A DNA stretch of 64,000 nucleotides from the NCBI GenBank assembly GCA_963778655.1, contig CAVZVA010000011.1, positions 288,001-352,000 of the forward strand, in the 5' to 3' direction. Positions 28,234 to 37,846 of this stretch are shown piece by piece. Each line of letters begins with the position of its first letter. Positions within the stretch are counted from its first letter, which is position 1. This DNA comes from an uncultured delta proteobacterium (GTDB lineage: Bacteria; Myxococcota_A; Polyangia; Polyangiales; JAFGIB01). Made by a program: the position numbers and the translations under genes. A model generated the notes under the pieces. That model saw nothing but the letters and a program-made list of their open reading frames with translations, did no database searches and had not been told where the DNA came from.

Positions 28234-29787
28234 GTGGCGACGGCAGCGCGACCCACATGGCTCGCTCGGCTCGCGGCGCTCGCGTTGACGCTTGGATGCG
28301 TGCTCCCGTCGCCCGCAGCACGCGCCTCGCCGCTGTTCGAGCTGCTTGGCGGCGTCGGCGGGCAGGCCGGGCTCAACGGCCGGGTCGCCGGTCCGAGCGC
28401 AGCCTCGACCTATTTCAATCCGGCGCTGCTGCCCAAGGCGGCGCCGGGCTTTCAAGCCGGCGTGTTCGTGCTCTACGACTCGATCCATCTGACGCTCGAC
28501 GGCCGCTCCGGCGTCGATGTGCCGGACCAGTACCGCGGCGCGACCAACGCCGACGGCTCGGTGTTCAGGGCACCGTCGCTGCCGACACGCTGGCTGCGGC
28601 AGGGCTGCGCGTCGCCCGAGTGCACCCCCGCGCTGGCGCCGCGCCCGCGTCAGGGCTCGGGCAGCAGTGACAAGGTGCACGTGTACCAGGAGCTGGGGCT
28701 GGTCACGCCGATCGTGGCCGGGCGTCTGGTGCTCGGACTGTACGCGCTGGTGCCGCTGGGCAAGCTCACCACGGCGAGCTCGTTCTTCGTCGACGAGCGG
28801 GAGCAGTTCTTCACCAACAGCTTGCACCCCGAGCTCTACTCCGACCGGCTGACCGCGACCTCGATCGCGTTCGGTCTGGGTGGTCAGATCACCCGCCGGC
28901 TGGCGCTCGGCGTCGACTTCACGCTGGGGCTGCGCAACACGGCGGACGCCCACACCTTCGTGGGCAACGCCGACGACTTGAGCCGCACCCTGGTGCTCTC
29001 CGACAACGTCGGCGTCGAGGCCTCGCTCGCACCGCACTTCGGGGTGTCGTACGAGCCGACCGACCGACTGCGGCTCGCCGCCACCATCCACTCGGTACAG
29101 CGCTTCGACATCAAGAGCTCGGTCAGCACCTTCTTGCCCGACGGCAACCTGCAGACGGCGCGCCGCACCGCCGTCCACGACTACATGCCGTGGCAGATCG
29201 GTCTGGGCACGAGCTATGACTTGATCTCGGGCGGCGCGGCCGCGCCCACGCCGCATCACGAGCTCTCGCTGGCGGCAACCGCCGTGATCGGGCTGTGGTC
29301 GAGCTACGTCGACCGCCAAGGCGACCGCCCGTCGCCGGGCTACGCCTGGTCGAACACGGTCAGCGTCGGGGTCGGCGCGCGGCACCGCTACGGCCCCCTG
29401 CACAGCTTCCTCGATGTGATGTACGTGCCGACGCCAGTGCCGCTGCAAACGGGACGCACCAACTACGTCGACAACACGCGCATGAGCACCAGCGCGGGCG
29501 TGGAATACGAGATCGACGCCCGCGGTGTGGTGGTGCGGGTCGGGGCGCAGGCCGAGCTGAACGTGCTGCCCCCGCGCAACCAGCACAAGCTCGACCCGAC
29601 CGATCCACGCTACGCCGAGCTCAAGTCGCAACTGGTGCGGGACGAGCTGCCCGACGGCGCGATCGACAGTCGCGGCGATCCGATCGCCGCGGCTTCGGGT
29701 CTGCAGACCAACAACCCCGGCTGGCCGGGCTTCGGCAGCTCCGGCTACCTGGTCGGCGGCGGCGTGACGGCGGCGCTGCTGTTCTGA
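28234..29787 (+). CDS. FadL/OmpP1-like outer-membrane transporter
   Basis: Signal peptide (ARA-SP), ASTYFNPALL motif, amphipathic beta-strands and terminal Phe. Confidence 0.78.
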   Translation: MATAARPTWLARLAALALTLGCVLPSPAARASPLFELLGGVGGQAGLNGRVAGPSAASTYFNPALLPKAAPGFQAGVFVLYDSIHLTLDGRSGVDVPDQYRGATNADGSVFRAPSLPTRWLRQGCASPECTPALAPRPRQGSGSSDKVHVYQELGLVTPIVAGRLVLGLYALVPLGKLTTASSFFVDEREQFFTNSLHPELYSDRLTATSIAFGLGGQITRRLALGVDFTLGLRNTADAHTFVGNADDLSRTLVLSDNVGVEASLAPHFGVSYEPTDRLRLAATIHSVQRFDIKSSVSTFLPDGNLQTARRTAVHDYMPWQIGLGTSYDLISGGAAAPTPHHELSLAATAVIGLWSSYVDRQGDRPSPGYAWSNTVSVGVGARHRYGPLHSFLDVMYVPTPVPLQTGRTNYVDNTRMSTSAGVEYEIDARGVVVRVGAQAELNVLPPRNQHKLDPTDPRYAELKSQLVRDELPDGAIDSRGDPIAAASGLQTNNPGWPGFGSSGYLVGGGVTAALLF

Positions 29788-30128
29788 GTCGAAGAGAATG
29801 CAACAGGAAGACGGGAAGACGGAAAGCCCCGCCATCTCTCGCCGCCCGAGCTCCGGCATCGTTGTCGCTGAGCTTGGCGCTGCCGTGGCAGTCACTGCGG
29901 GGTCCGCGACCACCACCGTGGAGCCGTCCTTGACGACCAGCAGCGTACCGCCGTCTATGGGCGTGGCGCAGGTGGCACCGTCGAATGCACCGGCACGATG
30001 GCTCCCATGGGCGGAACGCCGAAGCCACCCGCCGCGTCATCCGTAACCGGATTCTGTGCCTGCTGCGGCCCCGGGAATTTCGCCGAGATCCGCAGCGCCG
30101 AGCCAGTAGCTGACGTGGAAGGGTCCTG

Positions 30129-30806
30129 TCATCCCGTGCGGCGCCGGCGCGCAATGAGGGCGAACAAAATGGCGAGCAGCCACCCGTGATCGCCGGGGCC
30201 GCCCGCAGCCGCCGAACAGGAACCCCCGCCTCGCTGCAAGTGCGACCCAGCCCCCGCCGCGCCGTCGGCCGCGGCCGCGTGGCCGGCGCTGCCCGTGCTC
30301 CCTCCATCGCGCTCCGCCACGTCCGATATGCGCCGCGTCAGAATAACCGTCTGCGACAAGTCCCCCACGACCGACTTGGAGAGTGACTGCGGTGGAAAGC
30401 CATCGACCTGCGGATCGATCGTGAACACAGGATCGGGCATGTCCCCGGCGATCAAGGTCAGCTCGTAGCGACCCTGGTCGTCGCTGACGGCGCTGTCCGC
30501 GTTGTTGAACGAATCTGAATACAGTGCGCCGTTTCTGGACCCGTAACCGGCCGCAGTCACACCCATCGACGCCCCCGGTACCGGAACCCCGTTCTCGTCG
30601 GTCACGGTGCCCGTGACGCGAACGACGTCGAAGTCGAAGTCGCATCGGGTGTCGCCAGAGAGAGTCACCTGGACCGTGCCGTAGAACCCAATCGCATCGG
30701 AGCCGTCGGCTTGCGAGCCGTTGGCCCCCAGGCCGCGGCAGCCAACCAGATCTGGCTCAGCCGAGGCGCTGTCGCGCCGGCGCTGATCTACTCGGACCCG
30801 GCTCAT
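30129..30806 (-). pseudogene. C-terminal remnant of a surface protein (carboxypeptidase-regulatory-like domain plus MYXO-CTERM-like signal)
   Basis: VTGTVTDENGVPVPGA...SDDQGRYEL, then GGGSCSAA...WLLAILFALIARRRR. No signal peptide at the N-terminus. Confidence 0.6.
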
Positions 30807-31202
30807 GCTGAGCCGATCGCTCGGTGTACGGCCGCCACTGACCTCCCAGACATACAGAAGCGTGTTGCCGGTTCCCTTTCCTTGGAAGCGATTGTCGTAA
30901 ACCGGGGGCTAGCGCTCATGAAGCGCGCGGTAGGTGTGCGCTGCGAGACCGCGAATGTCTCGCACCATCTCGCCGCGTTTCACGGCGGATGCTGCAAGCC
31001 AAGGCGTCGTCGATCTGCTGAGCCGTATGCTCGCACTCGTGCAGGAAGCCATCACCCGCAGCTCGTTCCCGTCCATGAGCAAAGGGAGGGCGCCGCCGGC
31101 GGGCGCCGCGCCAAGAACAACCAAGGAGCGCCAAAACGCGCGTCGATCCTGCGTGCTAAGAGCGACGCGGTGGTGGTGTCGACTGTGTCAGGAGTGGTGG
31201 AG

Positions 31203-32402
31203 ATGGACTGTAAGGCCAGAGCGGTTTCGATCGGATCTGTATGCGTGCTGGTGGTCTGCGCATCCTTGTCTGCCTGCACGGAGACGAACAAGCCGGGTAT
31301 GCAAGGCCCGTCTGCAACCGGCTCAGGCGGCATGACGAGCATGATCGGGAGCGCGGGCGGCAGCGCTGCAGTTGGAACGGGCGGCACCACGGCGGCAAGC
31401 CCGGGCGCCGGCGCAGTCTCACCCATGCAAACTGGGGCCGGTGGAAGTGCAGCTGCGGGCGCCGTCGGCGGAGCCGGGGCGGCTGCAAACGCGGGCACTG
31501 GGGCGTCCGGGGCCATCAGTGACGCCGGGGCGCCCCCACCCGCGGATGGCGGTATGGCGGGTGGGCCGGTGGATCCGATCCTCCCCGATGTGCCTGCGAG
31601 TTGCCCGATGTTGACGACGGGCTTCGTCACGATCACCAGCCACAACACGGCGGTCCAAGTGCAGGTGTGGGCCGGTACGAAGGCCTCCACGCCGGCTCCG
31701 ATGCTGGTCTATTGGCACGTGACCGGCGGTACCTCGTCAGAAGCCGTGGGAGGCATCGGGTTGCCGACGGCGGTGGCGCAGGAGATCACGGACGCGGGCG
31801 GTCTCATCGTCTCGCCGCAAAACAGCACGGGCGCGGGCAACGATACGGGAAACAGCGTGTGGTTCACCGGCGACTTCGACGTGGCCGACCAGCTCGTGGC
31901 CTGCGCGTTCCAGCAGTACAACCTCGACCCGCGTCGCATCTATACCGCGGGCGGCAGCGCGGGTGCGCTTCAGGCGGGCACCATGGTCTACGAGCGTTCC
32001 AACTACCTCGCTGCTGCGCTGCCCAACTCGGGCGGCTACGCGACCGGCGGGCGCAGATTCCAAAATCCGAACCACATCACGCCGGTCATGACCGTGCACG
32101 GCGCACCCGGGCTCGACGTGGTGATCGTCGATTTCTCGCAGCAGAGCCTGTTCCTCGCGGGCGACGTGGCGGCTCACGGCGGCTTTGCGATCGACTGCAA
32201 TCACGGTGGCGGCCACGTCGGGGCGCTGGACGACGTGAAAATGGCCGGCTGGCAGTTCTTCAAGGATCACCCGTTCGGAGTCTGGCCCGAGCCGTATGCG
32301 ATGGGACTGCCTGCGAGCTTTCCGACGTATTGCAAGATCATCACCGCGGCTGACGCCATCGCCAATCCGGATCCGCTCGACATGCCCGACGCCTCGTACT
32401 GA
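31203..32402 (+). CDS. Lipoprotein alpha/beta hydrolase (PHB-depolymerase/esterase-like)
   Basis: Lipobox LSAC, Gly-rich linker, LVYWH, LDPRRIYTAGGSAG (GxSxG), VHG...D and GGH. Confidence 0.8.
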   Translation: MDCKARAVSIGSVCVLVVCASLSACTETNKPGMQGPSATGSGGMTSMIGSAGGSAAVGTGGTTAASPGAGAVSPMQTGAGGSAAAGAVGGAGAAANAGTGASGAISDAGAPPPADGGMAGGPVDPILPDVPASCPMLTTGFVTITSHNTAVQVQVWAGTKASTPAPMLVYWHVTGGTSSEAVGGIGLPTAVAQEITDAGGLIVSPQNSTGAGNDTGNSVWFTGDFDVADQLVACAFQQYNLDPRRIYTAGGSAGALQAGTMVYERSNYLAAALPNSGGYATGGRRFQNPNHITPVMTVHGAPGLDVVIVDFSQQSLFLAGDVAAHGGFAIDCNHGGGHVGALDDVKMAGWQFFKDHPFGVWPEPYAMGLPASFPTYCKIITAADAIANPDPLDMPDASY

Positions 32403-32666
32403 AGGGCACCGCACCCCGGACATTCCCGAGTAGCCCGCGCCATGTCCTGCCGCGCGCTACCGGGCCCGCTCAGCACACAATTCAAGCTCCTTGTCCGCCG
32501 CCGTTGCCGCCACATAGGCGAAGGTTCATGCCCCAGCCTTACCCCAAAAGCGTGACCCTCCGCCCCGCCCACACCCGTTGACGCCGCTACGCCACCAGCC
32601 CCAATTGCAGCTTTGTTTCTCTTGCTCGCTGGGAGGCCGCCGATCGCGCCCGATCTCCTCGGCCCC

Positions 32667-33770
32667 TCAGGTCACCTGACGGCGGAACAGCGCGACCGAA
32701 ATCGAGAGGATCACCACGCCCAGCAACGTGAGCGCGAGCATCTGCGGCGCCACGTCCGCCAGCGTCGACCCTTTGAGCAGACAGCCGCGCAAGATTTCGA
32801 TGAAGTGACGCATCGGGATCAGCAAGGTCAGCGGCTGCAGCCAGCCCGGCATGCTCGCGATCGGCGACATGAAGCCCGAGAGCAGCATGGTAGGCATCAT
32901 GAAGGCCAGCGCCCCGAGCATCGCCTGTTGCTGCGAGCGGCTCAGCGTAGCGATCAGGATGCCGATGCCGAGCGTCGAGAACAGGTACAGGAACGCCCCC
33001 AGCCCCACCACCGCGAGCGAGCCGCGGATCGGGACCGCGAACAGGAACGAGCCCAAGATCAGGATCGCGCAGACGTCGATCAGGCCAAACACGATGAAGG
33101 GCAGGCACTTACCGGTGAGCAACGTGGTCGGGTGGATCGGCGTGACCATCAGCTGCTCGAGGGTGCCGGTCTCGCGCTCGCGCGCCAGCCCCATCGCCGT
33201 GACGATGGCGCTGATGTTGAGCAGCAGTGAGGCGAGGATTCCCGGCACCATGTAGACCGGAGTCTTGAGCCGCTGGTTGTACAGAATGCGCGCCACGATC
33301 GGGGGCGCGACCTGCGCCGCGACGCCGCGCAGCGCCAGAAACTGGGTGGCATCGGCGGCGGCGACCTGCGCGCGGATCGCGTCGGTGCCGTCGACGATGA
33401 CCTGCACCTGGGCGGCCTCTCGGCGCGCCAGCGTGGTGGCATAGCCGCGGGGCACGATGATCGCGGCGGCGGCGTCGCCGGATTCGAGCTCGGCTTGCGC
33501 GGCCCGCGGATCGAACACCGCGGCGTGCTCGCGAAAGGTGCCCTCTGCCATCATCTGCTGGATCAAGTCGCGGCTGAGCTGCGTGCGGTCTTGATCGCAA
33601 ACCACCGTCGGGATGTGATCGACCTCGAGGTTGACCGCGTAGCCGAAGCCCACCAGCTGGATCGCGGGCGCGGCGATCAGCGTGAAGACCATGCGGCGGT
33701 CGCGCAGGGTCTGGATCATCTCCTTCCTCGCCACGTTGAACAGCGAGCGAAGCGCGTCGAGCGGTCTCAT
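32667..33770 (-). CDS. ABC-2 type exporter permease (YbhR-like)
   Basis: KEMIQTLRDRR, ARERETGTLEQLMVTP and LLSGFMSPIASMP. Confidence 0.92.
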   Translation of the reverse strand: MRPLDALRSLFNVARKEMIQTLRDRRMVFTLIAAPAIQLVGFGYAVNLEVDHIPTVVCDQDRTQLSRDLIQQMMAEGTFREHAAVFDPRAAQAELESGDAAAAIIVPRGYATTLARREAAQVQVIVDGTDAIRAQVAAADATQFLALRGVAAQVAPPIVARILYNQRLKTPVYMVPGILASLLLNISAIVTAMGLARERETGTLEQLMVTPIHPTTLLTGKCLPFIVFGLIDVCAILILGSFLFAVPIRGSLAVVGLGAFLYLFSTLGIGILIATLSRSQQQAMLGALAFMMPTMLLSGFMSPIASMPGWLQPLTLLIPMRHFIEILRGCLLKGSTLADVAPQMLALTLLGVVILSISVALFRRQVT

Positions 33771-34871
33771 TCGAGCCTCCTGCGAAAGCGCCGGACGGCG
33801 ACCGCGAGCACACCGAGCGCAAAGCCCGCGAGCGCGAGGATCTGCGGCGCCAGCACCACGACGCCGTTGCCCTTGAGGAACACGCCGCGCAGCGCCACGA
33901 TGTAGTAGCGGCCTGGCACCGCGGCCGAGATCATGCGCAGCGGCCACGGCATGTTCGCGATCGGAAACAGGAAGCCGCCGAGCAAGGTGGTCGGCAACAT
34001 CGAGATCATGATCGAGAACTGCGACGACAGCAGCTGGCTCTTGGTGGCGACGCTGATCAGCAGGCCGAGGCCGAGCATGGCGAGCTGGAACAGCAGCGAG
34101 CACAGAAACAGCAGCCCGATCGAGCCGCGGATCGGCACGTCGAACATCCACGAGCCCAGCGTCACCACCAGCAGGGTCTGGATCATGCCGAGCACCGCGT
34201 ACGGCAGCAGCTTGCCCACGATGATCTCGGTGCGCCTCACCGGGGTCGCGAACAGCTGTTCCATGCTGCCGCGCTCCCATTCGCGCGCGACGGTGAGCGC
34301 GGTGAGCAGCGCCGACACCATGGACAGGATCAGCGCGATCACGCCGGGGACGATGCCGTAGGCCGAGCGCATCGCGGGGTTGAAGCGCGTCAGGATGCGG
34401 CGCCGGCGCGGCCGGCGGCGCGTTCGACGCGGCGAGCGTCTGCAGCACGCCCAGCGCGTCGCCGAGCGCGATGGTCGCGGTCGAGCTGTCGGCGCCATCG
34501 ACCAGCAGCTGCGCGCCGTTCGGCTCGCGGCGCAGCAGATTGCGCTGGTACCCGGGTGGGATCACCAGGGCGGCCTGCACGCGGCTGCGCCGAAACAGCG
34601 GCTCGGCCTGGTCGGGATCTTCCAGCTGGAACGCGGTCACGAACTGCCGGCCCGCCACCAGCGCCTCGGCCAGGCGCCGCGACGCCTGGGTGTGATCTTG
34701 ATCGACGACGGCGATCGGGATGTGGTCGACGTCGGTCGAGATGCCGTAGCCGAACAGGAGCAACATGACCACGGGCAACCCGAGCGCCAGGTAGAGCACC
34801 CGAATGTCGCGAATGATGTGCAGGATCTCCTTGTGGGAGATCGCGACGATTCGGCGCAGCGCCCGGCTCAC
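33767..34871 (-). CDS. ABC-2 type exporter permease (YbhS-like), frameshifted near 34400
   Basis: The N-half (KEILHIIRD...VDGADS) and C-half (RFNP...AREWERGSMEQLFATP) lie in different frames. Confidence 0.85.
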
Positions 34872-35788
34872 GAGGCGCCTCCGACCACCGCGAGAAAGAC
34901 GTCCTCCAGGGTCACTTCGGCGGCGGTGATGGCGCCGGCGTGTACGCCGCGCTGCGCCAGCGCCTGGCCGAGCGCGGCGGCGTCGGGGCCGTCGTCGCCG
35001 ACCCGCACGTGGAGCGCCGCCCCGAACGGCTCGACGCCGAGCACGCCCGGCACCGCCTTGACGTCCTCGCCGCGCGCGCCGCGCAGCTCGAGCATCTTGC
35101 CCGGGACGAACTGCTTCTTCAGCCGTGCCGGCGTGTCGAGCGCGGCCAGGCGGCCGGCGACCATCAACCCTACGCGATCGCAGTACTCGGCCTCGTCCAT
35201 GTAGTGGGTAGTCACGAAGATGGTCGTGCCGCCGGCCGCCAGCCGGCGGATCAACCGCCAGAAGCGGCGGCGCGCGCCAGGGTCGACGCCCGCGGTGGGC
35301 TCGTCGAGGAACAGGATCCGCGGCTCGTGCAGGATCGCGCAGGCCAGCGCCAACCGCTGGCGCAGACCTCCCGGCAGCGAGCCGGTGATCTGGTCGGCGA
35401 TGCCCTCGAGCTCGAGCGCCGCCTCGACCTCCTCGCTGCGGCGGCGCAGCCGCGCGCCGAACAGCCGGTACGCGCCGCCGAAGAACTGCAGGTTCTCGCG
35501 CACCGACAGATCCAGGTACAGGGAGAACTTCTGGGACATGTATCCGATCGCCCGGCGCACGTCGCGAGGATGGCGGATCACGTCGACCCCCGCGACCGAG
35601 GCGGCGCCATCGGAAGCCGAGAGCAATCCACACAGAATGCGGATCGTGGTCGACTTGCCGGCTCCGTTCGCCCCGAGGTAGCCGAAGATCTCGCCCGCCT
35701 TGACGTCGAACGAGACGTCGCGCACGGCGACGAACTCGCCGAACTTGCGGGTCAGCCCGCGCACCGTGATCGCGAGCGGCTCGTTCAC
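34868..35788 (-). CDS. ABC transporter ATP-binding protein
   Basis: GANGAGKST, YMSQKFSLY, LFLDEPT and TTHYMDEAE. Confidence 0.95.
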   Translation of the reverse strand: MNEPLAITVRGLTRKFGEFVAVRDVSFDVKAGEIFGYLGANGAGKSTTIRILCGLLSASDGAASVAGVDVIRHPRDVRRAIGYMSQKFSLYLDLSVRENLQFFGGAYRLFGARLRRRSEEVEAALELEGIADQITGSLPGGLRQRLALACAILHEPRILFLDEPTAGVDPGARRRFWRLIRRLAAGGTTIFVTTHYMDEAEYCDRVGLMVAGRLAALDTPARLKKQFVPGKMLELRGARGEDVKAVPGVLGVEPFGAALHVRVGDDGPDAAALGQALAQRGVHAGAITAAEVTLEDVFLAVVGGAS

Positions 35789-36705
35789 GACGCGCTCCGC
35801 GCCGCCGCTTCGCGCGTGCGGGCCAGGAACAAGTCCTCGAACGTGGCGACCGCCGGCTGTACCTGCGCGCCCTCGGCTGCCAAGCGCTGCAGCACCCGCG
35901 CCTCCGCGCCGCTGCGCACCACCATCCGCAGATGGTCGCCCGACACCGTATAGGCGAGCACGTCGTCGTCACCCTCGATCGCCGCTTCCAGGCGATCGCG
36001 CTCGCCGCGCAGGGCGAACACCGGATGGTTGAGCCCGCGCAGCAGGTCGTCGGGCGCGCCCTCCTGCAGCAGGCGGCCCTGGTGCAGCAAGCCGACGCGG
36101 TGGCAGCGGGCGGCCTCGTCCATGTACGGGGTCGCGATCACGATCGCCATGCCCTCGGCCAGAAACTCGTGGAGCAGGTCCCAGAACTCGCGCCGGCTGA
36201 CCGGATCGACCCCGTTGGTCGGCTCGTCGAGCAAGAGCACCTTGGGCTCGTGCAGCAGCGCGCAGGCGAGCGCGAGCTTCTTGTACATGCCGCCCGACAG
36301 CGCCTCCGCGCGCCGCGTCTCGAAGCCGGCCAGCCGCGTGATCGCGAGCAGGCGGTCGCGGCGCGCGCGAAACGCGTCCCTCCCCAGCCCGTACATCTCG
36401 CGAAAGAACGCAAGATTCTCGGCGACGTTGAGATCGCCGTACAAGCTGTACTGCTGGGGCATGTAGCCGAGCATCTCGCGCACGGTCGTGCGCGGGTCGA
36501 AGGGATCCTGCTCCAACAGCCGCACCGAGCCGCCGTCGAGATCGATCAGCCCAGCGACCAGCCGCAGCGAGGTCGTCTTGCCGGCGCCGTCCGGCCCGAC
36601 CAGCCCGAAGATCTCGCCGGCGTCGATCCGCAGCGACACGCCCGCGACGGCGGGCTGCCCGGCGAAGCTCTTGTGCAGATCCGTCGCCTCGATCGCGGCG
36701 CTCAT
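35785..36705 (-). CDS. ABC transporter ATP-binding protein
   Basis: GPDGAGKTT, LSGGM, LLLDEPT and TPYMDEA. Confidence 0.95.
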   Translation of the reverse strand: MSAAIEATDLHKSFAGQPAVAGVSLRIDAGEIFGLVGPDGAGKTTSLRLVAGLIDLDGGSVRLLEQDPFDPRTTVREMLGYMPQQYSLYGDLNVAENLAFFREMYGLGRDAFRARRDRLLAITRLAGFETRRAEALSGGMYKKLALACALLHEPKVLLLDEPTNGVDPVSRREFWDLLHEFLAEGMAIVIATPYMDEAARCHRVGLLHQGRLLQEGAPDDLLRGLNHPVFALRGERDRLEAAIEGDDDVLAYTVSGDHLRMVVRSGAEARVLQRLAAEGAQVQPAVATFEDLFLARTREAAARSAS

Positions 36706-37745
36706 GGCGGCCGCTCGATCGTGACCTCGACCGGCATCCCGGCCCGCAGGCGCATGTCGGCGTTGGGGATGCGCACCTCCACCGCGTAGACCAAGCGCTC
36801 GCGATCCTCGCGCGTCTGGACGTTGCGCGGCGTGAACTCGGCCTGCGGCGACACGTAGTAGATCGTTCCGGCGAAGCTCTCGCCCGGATAGGGGTCGGCG
36901 ACCACGCGCACCTTGCGGCCCGGCGCCGCCGCGGCAAGCTGATCGTTGGGCAGGTAGAAGCGCGTGCGGGCGTCGGTGACGTCCGTGATCCGTAGGATCA
37001 CGGTGCCGGGCTGGACGGCCTCGCCCGGCTCGTGTACGCGCGTGGCGACCATCCCCGCTCGCGGCGCGAGCAAGCTGCACTCCCGCACCGCGACCTCCGC
37101 GCGCGAGACCGCCGCGGCCATGGCGTCGACGTTGTGCCCGGCGACCAGCGTCTGGGACGCGGCGGCGGTCCTGGAGGTGCTGGCTGCGCCCGCCTGGTCG
37201 CGGCTCGCGGCCTCCGCGGCCTGCTGCGCCGCGATCTGGCTGACCAGCGCGTCGTAGCGCGTTCGGGCGGTGTCGAGCGCGGCGTCGGCCAGCGCGCCGC
37301 TCTTGACCAGCCGCTGCGCGCGCGCGAGCTCGTCCTTGGCGAGCTGCGCCTGGGCCCGCAGCACCGCGAGCTGTGCCTTCGCGGCCGAGGCGCTGCTGAC
37401 CGCGGCCGACGCCGAGCGCCCCGCCGAGGAAGCGGTGGCGCGCGACGACTCGACCGCCGCCGTCGCCGCCCCCAGCTGGGCACGCGCCTGAGCCAGAGCC
37501 GCGTCTTGATCGCTGCAGTCGAGCTCGACCAGCGGCTGGCCCTGCTTGACCACGTCGCCCTCGCGCACGCTCACCTTGAGGATGCGGGTGGCGATGCGGC
37601 TGGTCACGTCGACGTCGACGCCCTCGATCACCCCGCTGCCCCCGGGCGGACCGTGACCCGCCGAGCGCAGATCGATCACCCGCACCGCCAGCGCGACGAT
37701 CAAGCCCGCGGCCAGCAGCCCGATGAAGATCAGCGCGCGTCTCAT
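36702..37745 (-). CDS. HlyD-family periplasmic adaptor (YbhG-like)
   Basis: N-terminal TM, lipoyl half-motifs (VREGDVVKQGQPL), coiled coil and AEFTPRNVQT. Confidence 0.92.
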   Translation of the reverse strand: MRRALIFIGLLAAGLIVALAVRVIDLRSAGHGPPGGSGVIEGVDVDVTSRIATRILKVSVREGDVVKQGQPLVELDCSDQDAALAQARAQLGAATAAVESSRATASSAGRSASAAVSSASAAKAQLAVLRAQAQLAKDELARAQRLVKSGALADAALDTARTRYDALVSQIAAQQAAEAASRDQAGAASTSRTAAASQTLVAGHNVDAMAAAVSRAEVAVRECSLLAPRAGMVATRVHEPGEAVQPGTVILRITDVTDARTRFYLPNDQLAAAAPGRKVRVVADPYPGESFAGTIYYVSPQAEFTPRNVQTREDRERLVYAVEVRIPNADMRLRAGMPVEVTIERPP

Positions 37746-37846
37746 GGGTACTGGTCCGTGCCGGAGCCGAGGCTATGTGAGCCTGCGCGAGAGGTAAACC
37801 CAAACCGCACAGGGGCAAACGGGTGGCCAACCAGGGTGCGCGGCGA

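Noticed and set aside
32667..35972. 1101-aa ORF in the track that looks like a fused permease
   Set aside because: It results from the frameshift near 34400 plus stop-poor GC-rich frames.
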